This document shows, piece after piece, positions 1 to 9,438 of a stretch of 59,632 nucleotides of DNA. Position 1 is the stretch's first letter; every line of letters starts with the position of its first letter. The notes beneath the pieces were generated by a model. That model did not search any database and was not told where the DNA came from. It saw nothing but the letters and a program-made list of their open reading frames with translations. Source of the DNA: Ignavibacteriales bacterium (GTDB lineage: Bacteria; Bacteroidota; Ignavibacteria; Ignavibacteriales; Ignavibacteriaceae); NCBI GenBank assembly GCA_016182615.1, contig JACPGF010000149.1, positions 1 through 59,632 on the forward strand, read 5' to 3'. The position numbers and the translations under genes were made by a program.

Positions 1-1053
1 AACGTTTACGACCGCCCGAAAATGACTGACTTTAAATATGAGCCGGATGCAAATCTTGTTTACAAAGTTAAGTACGAGCATCAGCCAACACTTAATTTAA
101 CGCAATACAAAGGCCTTGAAGTTGAAATTGCCGATTTGATTGTTACCGATGAGCTGGTTGAAGCTGAAATAAAAAAACTTATGGAATCGCATACCACCTT
201 AGTTGAGGCAGAAGTTATTGAAGACGAAAACTTTGCAGTTGACTGCGAGTTTAAACGGGTTGACGACGGAGGCGGCCACACTATTGCCGATGATGACAGG
301 AAGCCTTTCCCTATGAACATCCGTTTGTATCAGGAAGGTATTCAGCCTGCTTTAAAAGCTTCGCTGCTTAACAAAAAAGCGGGTGACACGTTCGAGTTTT
401 CATTTGAAGACAAGCATCAGCACACGCACGAGGATGGCACGCACGAAGACCATAATCAGGTAATGAAATACGACGGCGTTATTAATAAAGTAAGCAAAGT
501 GGTATTCCCCGAAACCAACGAAGAATTCATCAAAATGATTTCCCGCAACAAAGCGAACAATATTGAAGAGTTCCGGGAACAAATGCATAGGGATTATGAG
601 TTATTCTTTCAGGAACGGATGGATGAGGAAACCGAGCATAAGCTTGAAGACAAGCTTATCGAGGTAAATCCTTATACAACACCTGCTTCATTTGTTGAAC
701 GGTATCATCAAAATCTTATCGAAGAACGTTCAAAAGAGTTGAAGAAACAAGGCAAACAGTATCCGCGCGAGTATCTGGAAAAAACCCTGAAACCGGCAGC
801 AGAGCGTTTTGTTAAATTGTATTTTATCCGCAAAGAAGTTATTAAACTTGAAAATATTCAGGTTAATGAAGAAATTATGCGGGCACATGCAGAAGAAAAT
901 GCAAAAAAACTGAATTTTGATGCTGAAACCTTGTATAAGATTTATGCAGGGAACGAAGATATGCAGGAAACTGTCCTTCGCCAGGAATACCTGAAGTTCC
1001 TTAAATCAAATAACACCATTATAAAAGTGGAACTTAAAAAGGACGAACATTAA
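1..1053 (+). CDS. tig: Trigger factor (5'-truncated by window edge)
   Basis: Frame open from base 1; 'YKGLEVE...VTDELVEAEI' linker, FKBP-like middle, helical C-terminus; lies directly upstream of clpP. Confidence 0.85.
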   Translation, partial: NVYDRPKMTDFKYEPDANLVYKVKYEHQPTLNLTQYKGLEVEIADLIVTDELVEAEIKKLMESHTTLVEAEVIEDENFAVDCEFKRVDDGGGHTIADDDRKPFPMNIRLYQEGIQPALKASLLNKKAGDTFEFSFEDKHQHTHEDGTHEDHNQVMKYDGVINKVSKVVFPETNEEFIKMISRNKANNIEEFREQMHRDYELFFQERMDEETEHKLEDKLIEVNPYTTPASFVERYHQNLIEERSKELKKQGKQYPREYLEKTLKPAAERFVKLYFIRKEVIKLENIQVNEEIMRAHAEENAKKLNFDAETLYKIYAGNEDMQETVLRQEYLKFLKSNNTIIKVELKKDEH

Positions 1054-1065
1054 TAAAGGTTTGAC

Positions 1066-1677
1066 ATGAAAAATCATGTAGAGATTTACAATCAGTTAGT
1101 ACCATACGTTATCGAGCAGACCGGACGCGGCGAGCGGGGCATGGACATTTACTCGCGCCTTCTCCGTGAAAGAATTATCTTTATCGGCTCGGCCATTGAT
1201 GACCATGTTGCAAGCGTTATTATCGCGCAGCTTATTTTTCTGGAAGCAGAAGATGCTGCCAAAGATATTTTCTTGTACATCAACTCGCCGGGCGGCAGCG
1301 TGTCTTCCGGGATGGCTATTTACGATACCATGCAGTACGTTAAACCCGATGTAGCCACCATTTGCGTGGGTTTGGCAGCATCAATGGGTGCAGTGTTGCT
1401 TGCTGGCGGCGCGGCTGAAAAACGCACCTCGTTACCCCATTCCAAGATTATGATTCACCAGCCTTGGATTGGCGGTATGCAGGGACAGACAACCGACATT
1501 CAGATTCAGGCAAAAGAAATGCTGAAGACCCGCGATGTTTTATACAATGTGCTTTCGAAGCATACCGGAAAAACATTTGATGAAATTATGAAGGATTGCG
1601 ACAGGGATTATTACATGACAGCCGCCGAGGCTATGGAGTATAAGCTCATCGACAACGTTCTTGATAAGCGTAAATAA
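1066..1677 (+). CDS. clpP: ATP-dependent Clp protease proteolytic subunit
   Basis: [24 protein letters not shown] (catalytic Ser), IMIHQP. Confidence 0.98.
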   Translation: MKNHVEIYNQLVPYVIEQTGRGERGMDIYSRLLRERIIFIGSAIDDHVASVIIAQLIFLEAEDAAKDIFLYINSPGGSVSSGMAIYDTMQYVKPDVATICVGLAASMGAVLLAGGAAEKRTSLPHSKIMIHQPWIGGMQGQTTDIQIQAKEMLKTRDVLYNVLSKHTGKTFDEIMKDCDRDYYMTAAEAMEYKLIDNVLDKRK

Positions 1678-1690
1678 ACGTCTGAAAATT

Positions 1691-1720
1691 AAAAGCCGTC
1701 CTTTGGGGCGGCTTTTTTTT
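1691..1720 (+). terminator. Rho-independent terminator after clpP
   Basis: AAAAGCCGTCC-TTT-GGGGCGGCTTTTTTTT hairpin plus U-tract. Confidence 0.85.
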
Positions 1721-2567
1721 GTATTTATTCAATGAGCAAAACAATTAATCTCAAATTCGAAAAGGTTTTTTGGTTCTATAACGTGGCTCTATAACGAAAA
1801 GTGTGCATAATTTCAGAAAAACTGACCTCGGGGAATTAGAAATGATACCAATTTGTAAAAATAGCCAGATCTGTTCCGGGAAAGTTGTTCGTATTTTGTT
1901 CAGTTTTTAACACAAAATTTCAACTATTTGTTCATCTTTCCAAGTATTCAATATCTACAAATTTCAATAAAAGTGAGGTGCCTTTTTGCTCCGGTAGGAG
2001 TAATCTGTTTGTAGAAAAATAGTTACCCATAGAATAGTGCGCTCCGTTAGGAGTGCTCCAAATTACCCCGGTAATAGAGTCTATAAAAAAGGCAATACAC
2101 CTATATATCTACGGAGCGCAGATGCAAATGGGGTTTAAATTTTCTACATACAGTAGGTGCCAATGGCACCAATTCTCACAAGTCGGCGAACAAAAAGTTA
2201 TCTTTTGGTATCACTATCAAATCCTAGATTCTATATCGGTATTTCAGAACTAATTATTTCCAAGTGATTATCAAACAATTACTTCCAGCTTTTCGACACT
2301 TTTTTTACTGATGTGAGGTCAGTTGTTCTGAATTTGAAAAGTATGTTATGTTATTTTGACATTCTATTGGACTTCAGCCCAACTATGCGTAACATAAGTT
2401 CATCATTCACCATTATAAATTCATACACCGGCAGAGCCAGAAGCGAAAATCTGTACTGCTGAAGTTTTCAAAATATTATATTTCATTGCCCTATTAGTGG
2501 AAGTTACATACCATAAAATTTCCAACAGGAGTAAAATTTTACTAAATAATCCGTTGCACCTTTGTTT

Positions 2568-2867
2568 TTATTTTAGTTTGCTTAGAATATCTCTTGCACT
2601 TTCATGCCCTGCCCCCTCTTCCATCCCTACCATCTGATAGAATTCACATTTCATACAATTGCCCAATTTGGAGGCAAAAGACCCTTGCACAATACCGCCG
2701 CATAATGTACCGGTAATTGCCCAGCAGGCTCTGCCGCCATTTTTTCCGTGGTTAATACCATTTGTCCGTGTTTCGGTTGAGGCGGGGCAAACACCCAGCT
2801 GTAATGCTTTTGCACCATTAGGTTCACGCCCGCAGTTTTTATATTCCCAGCAGTTTTGTATAGCCAT
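2568..2867 (-). CDS. Cys-rich two-CW-domain protein
   Basis: NCWEYKNCGRE...CPA...ACWAITGTLCGG...CMKCEFY; GGAG RBS upstream. Confidence 0.8.
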   Translation of the reverse strand: MAIQNCWEYKNCGREPNGAKALQLGVCPASTETRTNGINHGKNGGRACWAITGTLCGGIVQGSFASKLGNCMKCEFYQMVGMEEGAGHESARDILSKLK

Positions 2868-3091
2868 AGAAACTCCGTTTATATATTACTGTTAAAAAAT
2901 CTTCTCTCGAATACGGGTATGTTTGTTTTCGTTGAGAATTCTAAGAGATGTAGTCACATCATGTAATTATATTCGAATGTTTTTACAATTAGTTTAGCTT
3001 GGCAACAAAACTGCCCTAACTGAAAAAAGGAAAAGCAACGGGGCAGGAATTGAGTAACATTGATAAACCGGCACCGCCCATGTTGAGGCTT

Positions 3092-3739
3092 TTATGAGTA
3101 TGGGGCGATAAAGAGGGCAATTACCATATAATGGCTGAATGCACCGAGAATGACAAACACGTGCCATATCTCGTGGAAACCGAATTTGCCACTAAAAAAA
3201 TTAGGCTTTTTAACCGCGTAAATTATTGCACCAAAGGTATAAAAAAAGCCGCCTGCAAAAAACCAAACAAGTGCCTGCGCTGGCATGGTGCGGAGTATTT
3301 CGCCAATTGCAGCTAAGGAAAGCCACCCCATGATAAGGTATATCCCGGTTGAAAGCCACCGCGGCGCGTTCAGGTAAAACAGCTTGAAAATAATTCCGGC
3401 AATGGCAACAATCCAAATTATTATTACCATTCCCCATTGCCAAAAACCGTTAAAAAAATACAGGCAAATAGGAGTGTACGTCCCGGCAATGGAAATATAA
3501 ATTGCCGAGTGATCCAGTTTCCTTAGTTTTTTTATTCCATCGGGCGAGGACTTCTTGAGGTGGTAAAACGCGCTTGAGCCAAACATCAGCACCTGGCTAA
3601 TACCATAAACAGTTAAGGCCACTGCCGAGCCCAAAGTGTGCGGCGCAATAAGCAGCAACACAGCCATGCCAACAAAGGCAAGGCATGCCGCAAAGAGATG
3701 TGTAAGCCCGTTTACCGGTTCGCGAAAATGTGAAAACAT
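3092..3739 (-). CDS. Hemolysin III / PAQR family membrane protein (TrhA-like)
   Basis: EPVNGLTH, SAFYH, LDHSAIYISIAGTYTP, HEIWHVFV; about 7 TM segments. Confidence 0.92.
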   Translation of the reverse strand: MFSHFREPVNGLTHLFAACLAFVGMAVLLLIAPHTLGSAVALTVYGISQVLMFGSSAFYHLKKSSPDGIKKLRKLDHSAIYISIAGTYTPICLYFFNGFWQWGMVIIIWIVAIAGIIFKLFYLNAPRWLSTGIYLIMGWLSLAAIGEILRTMPAQALVWFFAGGFFYTFGAIIYAVKKPNFFSGKFGFHEIWHVFVILGAFSHYMVIALFIAPYS

Positions 3740-3842
3740 GTTAATGCAATTATGAATTAGGATTTATAAATTATAAACGGGTTTAAGCAATGTAAGCTGC
3801 TAAAACCACCGTACAAAATACGGTAAGAGTACTGAACAACTT

Positions 3843-6800
3843 TTAGAATTTTTTCATTTTCTCCAGTTCTGGTAAAAGCTCACTAATTGCCTGTCTAACC
3901 ATTGCTTCCACTCTGTCAAGGATGGGCCCGATTTTACCGGTGCCTCTTTGTTCCAACGCCGACTTTTCAACTTCCAGTACCATTTCCATTGCATCATTCA
4001 GGCCCATGTACCCCATAGTAGGCCGGAGGCGGTGTGCAATTTTCACCAGTTCGCGCCAATCCCCCGCTTTGTAATGCACCTGCATTTTCGCGAGAGCCCC
4101 GGGTGTTTGCCCGACAAACAGCGTTATCATTTCACGCATCGTCGTCAAGTCTCCGGCAACCATCTCGTATAATGGAGCCAGATGAGTAATTTGTTTTTGG
4201 CCGGAAGTTTCTACATCAGGAGCAGCAGCTATTTCAGGCAAACCGGAAATAACCATACGAGCCTTGGATAACTTACTTAGCAATTCATGCGGTTTAAATG
4301 GTTTGCTTAAATAATCGTTCATCCCGCTTTGCAATACCATTTCTTTCGATTCAAGCAAGGCGGATGCGGTAAGGGCAATAATATATGTATCTTTTTTCGG
4401 CTCACTCAATTCAGTGCGAATTTTTGCCGTCGCCTCGTATCCATCAAGCTCCGGCATCGAAATATCCATGAGCACGAGATTGTAATTCCCATCGCGCAGC
4501 ATGGTAAAAGCTTCTAACCCGTTTTGAGCAATGGCATAGGGGACATCCCATAATTTAAGCATACTAGTAACAACAAGCTGATTCATTTCATTATCTTCGG
4601 CAATAAGGACGTTAAAACCCTTCACGGAATCGGCGGTAATCTCCGGTTCGGGCAGCTTTCCGTACTCCTGATTAACTAAAACCTCTTCTGCCGGTACTCC
4701 AAACGGCATTAATATGGTAAAAACAGAGCCTTTGCCGGGACTGCTTTCAGCAACAATACTGCCACCCTGATTTTCGACAAGCCCTTTAACAATAGCAAGC
4801 CCCAATCCGGTTCCCCGTATTTTAGTTGTTCGGTTATCGGCTACTTGCTCGAAGCGTTCAAAAATCCGTTTCAAATCCTCTTTGCTGATTCCAATACCCG
4901 TATCACTAATTTGAATCATAAGCGTAACCGTACCGTTCGACTTGTCCCAAACCCGGCAGTGTATGGTAACATTGCCTTCCTTTGTAAACTTAACCGCGTT
5001 CGAAACCAGATTGAGTATTATCTGATTCAATCGCACCTGATCGCCGATTAATACATTAGGCACTTCCGGATTAATTTCAATAATAAAATCGATATTCTTA
5101 TCGCTCTTGGCAAATGCAACAGTTTGTTGTACCTGGTTAAGCAGTTCATCAAAAAGGAATGGCTCTTTGGCATAGTCAATTTTACCGGCTTCGATTTTAC
5201 TAAAATCGAGTATGTCGTTGATAATAACCAGCAGGTTCTCTGACGAAAATTTAATAGCATTCAGGAAATGCTCCTGCTCGGGTGAAGGGTGCATTTCTAA
5301 AAGTAAATGCGAAAGGCCAAGTACCGCGTTCATTGGTGTACGGATTTCGTGGCTCATGTGTGCCAAAAACCGGTCCTTTGCCCTGATGGATTCTTCGGCC
5401 GCACCTTTTGCTCTCAGTAATTCTTCTGCAGCATGCTTGCGTTGTGTAATATCCCTGCCAACGGCATACAAAACATCACCTTCAATAAACGCGGTTGCCT
5501 GCCATGAAATCCATTTGATACTTCCGTCTTTACAAATAAACCTGTTTTCGAAATCGGTAATGGTTCCCCCGTTACGCACCTTGTTTATTTCATTAATCGT
5601 GGCATCTCTGTCGTCGGGATGGATGAAATTGGTCAACGGAGAACTTATCAAAACCGGGGATGTATAACCAAGCAGCTTTTCAAATGCCGGATTTATTCTC
5701 CTGAACATTTTGTCAAAGCCAGCTATGCAGAGTAAATCGGGAGAAAGGTTAAAGAACCGGTCACGTTCATCTTCTGCCCGCCGTCTTTCGGTTATATCAA
5801 CACCATAGCCTACAAGGCGCACGATATTTCGCTGTTTGTCCAGCACCGGACTGATAACCCTGAAAAAATATTTTGTCGAGCCGTCGGGGTATGCAATTTT
5901 TTCTTCAAACGGAAAGGCAGTGCCGGTTTTTAGAGCCTGCTTTAAATAAAACTGCCGGTGCCTCCCGACACTTTCGTCAATACCCCTCCTTTTGCAATAC
6001 TCTAAATCGTCCCTGCCAATAATCCAATCCCGCAGTTCACTATCCCGCAAACTTTCGGGATTAATAAACAAGTACCGCAAGTCGGTATCAAAAACGGCAA
6101 TTTGCCCGGGAAGGTCATTAAGGATTTGCTCATAAAATTCCTTAAGCGATTTTATATCATCCTGATATTTTTTAATCTCGGTAATATCACGGGCAACAGC
6201 CTGCAGTCCAACAACCGTGTCTCCTTCAACTAAAAGATGGACATTTTGGCCGAACCAGATTTCCTTCCCGGACTTTGTTATTGCCGGGAACTCGAAGTAA
6301 GTGGAGATAATTTTTTCACGTATCTGCTTTTGGTAAAACCGGTAGGTGCGTTCCTTGTAATCCGGACGCACGAGAGAGAGATAGTTCATCCCTATAAATT
6401 GTTCTTCTGGATATTCCATTACCCGTACGGAAGTAGGATTAACAACGGTAAAGATGCCGCCGGGAGTAATGCAGAATATAACCTCCGAAGCAAAGTTAAC
6501 GATATTGCGGTAATGCTCTTCGCTCTGCTTTATTTTCCGTTCGGTTTGCTTTCTATATGTAATGTCACGGTATTGCCACAAATGTCCGCGGTAACTTTCG
6601 GCCATAAAAATCGGGATATAATCACGCTCGAAAGTTCTGCCGTCAATCAGTTCCAGCTCCAAATTGCGGACAATAACCTTGTTTGATAACGCGGTTTTAA
6701 TACCGGTTACAAATTCCTGCGGGTCTTTGAACATAGATTTAAAATCTTCGACTGAGGAAGTGCAATCCATACCGGTCATATCCTCCGGGGCAGTGGGAAT

Positions 6801-7814
6801 CCCGAACATAGTGCAAAACTCAGCGTTGGTTAGAACAATTTTCCGTTCCTCGTCTTCAACAAGAATCCCGGTTTGCAAATTTTGCATCAACGTGGCAATC
6901 CGCAATGATGCATCGCGCAGTTTTGCCCCGGCTTCAATCCGTCCGGTCACATCCTCCTGAACACCGATAAAATGTGTTGTTACGCCTTCCTCGTTTACAA
7001 GCGGGGTAATGGTAAGGTCATTCCAAAAAAGGGAGCCATCCTTGCGTTGATTAAGCAAAAGAGTTGACACACTTTGCCGTTTTGCAATTGCTTCCCGGAT
7101 TTTCTGCAATGCTTCGCGGTTGGTTCGCGGACTATTCAGGGACCTGCAGTTTTTACCGGTAATTTCATGCTGCTTGTAGCCTGTAAGTTTTTCAAATGAT
7201 TTGTTAACATAAATTATAGGGTTGTCTGCCTGCAATGCATCGGTGATAACAATTCCGTTGCTGCTGCTCATCAGTGCCCGGTCATGCAGCATCAGCATTT
7301 CTTCGGCATTGTTTTTCTCTTGTATGCTCAGTAAGCGCGTGTACGCTGCACCTATTAGCCGGCAAATAAACGATAGTGCTGCAATGTGCACTTTGGTAAA
7401 ACAGCCGGGAACAGCACACGCCAACTCGAGTACACCTACGCAGCCTGCATTGCCCATTACCGGAAGGCACAAATATGATTGTGCCGGTTTGCCATGCAAA
7501 ACAGAGTTTATATTTTCAGGCTTTCCGGTCAGGTACACTGTTTTACCCTTCTTAAATACTTCTCCCGGATTTCTTTCCATTACAGAACTGTTTGCATCTG
7601 CAATTTCTGCTTCCGTGCAGCCTTTTGATGCTGTTAGTTCAAGCCGTGCCGTGCCGGCATTGTAAAAGTACAAACAAGCTTCATCAACAGGGAGGATTTC
7701 GTCAACCGCAGCAAGTACAAAACCACCAAGGCCTTCAACATCAACTGCTGCCTGTAGATGGATGGCAACTTTTTCAAGTTTTTGTAATACCGAAACAGTG
7801 GACAAATTCTTCAT
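3843..7814 (-). CDS. Soluble hybrid sensor histidine kinase (GAF, LOV-like PAS, several PAS, HisKA, HATPase, REC, Hpt)
   Basis: FLAHMSHEIRTPMN; NLVSNAVKFT, DTGIGI, GTGLGL; LVLMDISMPELDG; AHRLRP (Hpt); GKNCRSLN. Confidence 0.93.
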   Translation of the reverse strand: MKNLSTVSVLQKLEKVAIHLQAAVDVEGLGGFVLAAVDEILPVDEACLYFYNAGTARLELTASKGCTEAEIADANSSVMERNPGEVFKKGKTVYLTGKPENINSVLHGKPAQSYLCLPVMGNAGCVGVLELACAVPGCFTKVHIAALSFICRLIGAAYTRLLSIQEKNNAEEMLMLHDRALMSSSNGIVITDALQADNPIIYVNKSFEKLTGYKQHEITGKNCRSLNSPRTNREALQKIREAIAKRQSVSTLLLNQRKDGSLFWNDLTITPLVNEEGVTTHFIGVQEDVTGRIEAGAKLRDASLRIATLMQNLQTGILVEDEERKIVLTNAEFCTMFGIPTAPEDMTGMDCTSSVEDFKSMFKDPQEFVTGIKTALSNKVIVRNLELELIDGRTFERDYIPIFMAESYRGHLWQYRDITYRKQTERKIKQSEEHYRNIVNFASEVIFCITPGGIFTVVNPTSVRVMEYPEEQFIGMNYLSLVRPDYKERTYRFYQKQIREKIISTYFEFPAITKSGKEIWFGQNVHLLVEGDTVVGLQAVARDITEIKKYQDDIKSLKEFYEQILNDLPGQIAVFDTDLRYLFINPESLRDSELRDWIIGRDDLEYCKRRGIDESVGRHRQFYLKQALKTGTAFPFEEKIAYPDGSTKYFFRVISPVLDKQRNIVRLVGYGVDITERRRAEDERDRFFNLSPDLLCIAGFDKMFRRINPAFEKLLGYTSPVLISSPLTNFIHPDDRDATINEINKVRNGGTITDFENRFICKDGSIKWISWQATAFIEGDVLYAVGRDITQRKHAAEELLRAKGAAEESIRAKDRFLAHMSHEIRTPMNAVLGLSHLLLEMHPSPEQEHFLNAIKFSSENLLVIINDILDFSKIEAGKIDYAKEPFLFDELLNQVQQTVAFAKSDKNIDFIIEINPEVPNVLIGDQVRLNQIILNLVSNAVKFTKEGNVTIHCRVWDKSNGTVTLMIQISDTGIGISKEDLKRIFERFEQVADNRTTKIRGTGLGLAIVKGLVENQGGSIVAESSPGKGSVFTILMPFGVPAEEVLVNQEYGKLPEPEITADSVKGFNVLIAEDNEMNQLVVTSMLKLWDVPYAIAQNGLEAFTMLRDGNYNLVLMDISMPELDGYEATAKIRTELSEPKKDTYIIALTASALLESKEMVLQSGMNDYLSKPFKPHELLSKLSKARMVISGLPEIAAAPDVETSGQKQITHLAPLYEMVAGDLTTMREMITLFVGQTPGALAKMQVHYKAGDWRELVKIAHRLRPTMGYMGLNDAMEMVLEVEKSALEQRGTGKIGPILDRVEAMVRQAISELLPELEKMKKF

Positions 7815-8311
7815 AAACAGTATTCTGCCGGTAAAACCGTGCCGTTACGTAACAAAACACTTTTTATTCTGACGGGCATGTAAAAACCTTTTAAGAAATT
7901 ATTTTTCTATTTTTTCAAGAGTTCTCATCTGCGCTTACACAACTTTCAATAATGAAATGCTGCTGAACTGGCTGGAGCCGAATTAAAAGTACTCTTTTTA
8001 ATTTTGCTTTCCAAACACAACGCTCACACTTGGAATTAATCCCAGAGTTATGTTTACCGAGTCCATATTGATGGATGTTGATTTTAGTTCATATCCGGTT
8101 TCAACACCAGCCCCAGCCCCGGGATACTCATATTCGACAAGGTATCCCGCAGTTTATCCATGCGGCCGTCTTTAAACTCCGGCACAATTTATTTTTCTTC
8201 ATCACTCCAGTTGCTTTCTTTCAATTCAGAAATTTTATCTTTAAGTGCCGGTGCGGAACCCTTTGCTTTTGCAAAAATACTATCCTGCATATCTTAAGTA
8301 ATCCTTGTTTT

Positions 8312-8950
8312 TTATACAGAGAAACAAATATACTTAATTGTTCTGCCTTGTGAAAGATGGAACTTTTCGAAACGTGTTTGCAGCATAATGTTCCCGGGAA
8401 CATCGTTTGCATTGTACAAATCAGCCGATGAAAAGTGAATGGTGCATTTTTCCCGTGCTGTTATTTTACACGCGTAATCAAATAAAATATCATCATCGGT
8501 TTTTAGATGTACTTTTCCACCCGGGATAAGAATTGCCTTATACACCTCCAGATACCGGGGATGCACGAGCATTGCTTTCATATTCTTCCGGTGCGGCAGT
8601 GGATTGGGGAAAGGAATATATATTTCATCAACCGAGGGAGTAGTAATTATCTCACGCAGCCTTTGAATTTGTGCCAGCAAAAAAGCCGCGTTGCGTACCC
8701 CCGCTTTATCGGCATCCTGAGCGGCGTTCCAAATCCGCGCACCGGCACGGTCAACGCCGATATAGTTCCTGCCGGGGTTTTGCAGTGCAAGGTCTATGGT
8801 GTATTCACCATTCCCGCAGCCAAGCTCTAAAGTGAAACGGCAATTGTTTGAAAAGTAAGCAGTAATTCTATCAATAATATCTTCCTGATCGGTATTAAAA
8901 ACGTTTGGTAGTGTACGTACTTCGGCCTGTTTTAGATGTTTTCTTCGCAT
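8312..8950 (-). CDS. trmB: tRNA (guanine-N7)-methyltransferase
   Basis: LELGCGNGEY, NYIGVD, IPFPNPLP, HLKTDD, TRFEK. Confidence 0.85.
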   Translation of the reverse strand: MRRKHLKQAEVRTLPNVFNTDQEDIIDRITAYFSNNCRFTLELGCGNGEYTIDLALQNPGRNYIGVDRAGARIWNAAQDADKAGVRNAAFLLAQIQRLREIITTPSVDEIYIPFPNPLPHRKNMKAMLVHPRYLEVYKAILIPGGKVHLKTDDDILFDYACKITAREKCTIHFSSADLYNANDVPGNIMLQTRFEKFHLSQGRTIKYICFSV

Positions 8951-9438
8951 GAATAGGTTAATTATGAAACAAATCGTTATAACTCCCTAAAATTACGGAA
9001 AAATAGACACTGCATCTTTGCATATTTTGCAGTTACCTTACATTTCCCGGTAAGATTGTCGTGTGCTGTATAAAACGGTTTCATTTTAGTAACAACAAAT
9101 ATTTTTTGTAACTACTCAGCTTATGTCTAAAATAATTTACATCTCCTAACTTCAGACTATGGGTATCCATCACTTCGTGAAAGCCTGAGGTTAGGTCATA
9201 AAAATTTCGCAGTACTTCTTAAGCTGTTTATTTGTAACTAAACGCCTAAACTCAACTTTATTTTACATAAGCTGAGTAGTTACTATTTTTTAAAGCAATC
9301 TTTTATTTCCTTTCCATTTAGGGTAAACATAATTTAAATTGTGCAGGTATTTTTCCGGTTCTAACCGGACGAATGGAAAGCACATTTCCTGTCCGGTATC
9401 CTTAATAAGACAATATGAGAAAGTGAAGTGGAATAGAG

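Noticed and set aside
2329..2400. Integron attC-like site
   Set aside because: No convincing paired RYYYAAC/GTTRRRY imperfect palindrome and no integrase
7990..8300. Possible decayed minus-strand gene between the kinase and trmB, and ORF 8075-8353
   Set aside because: Protein-like frames broken by stops; no recognisable family
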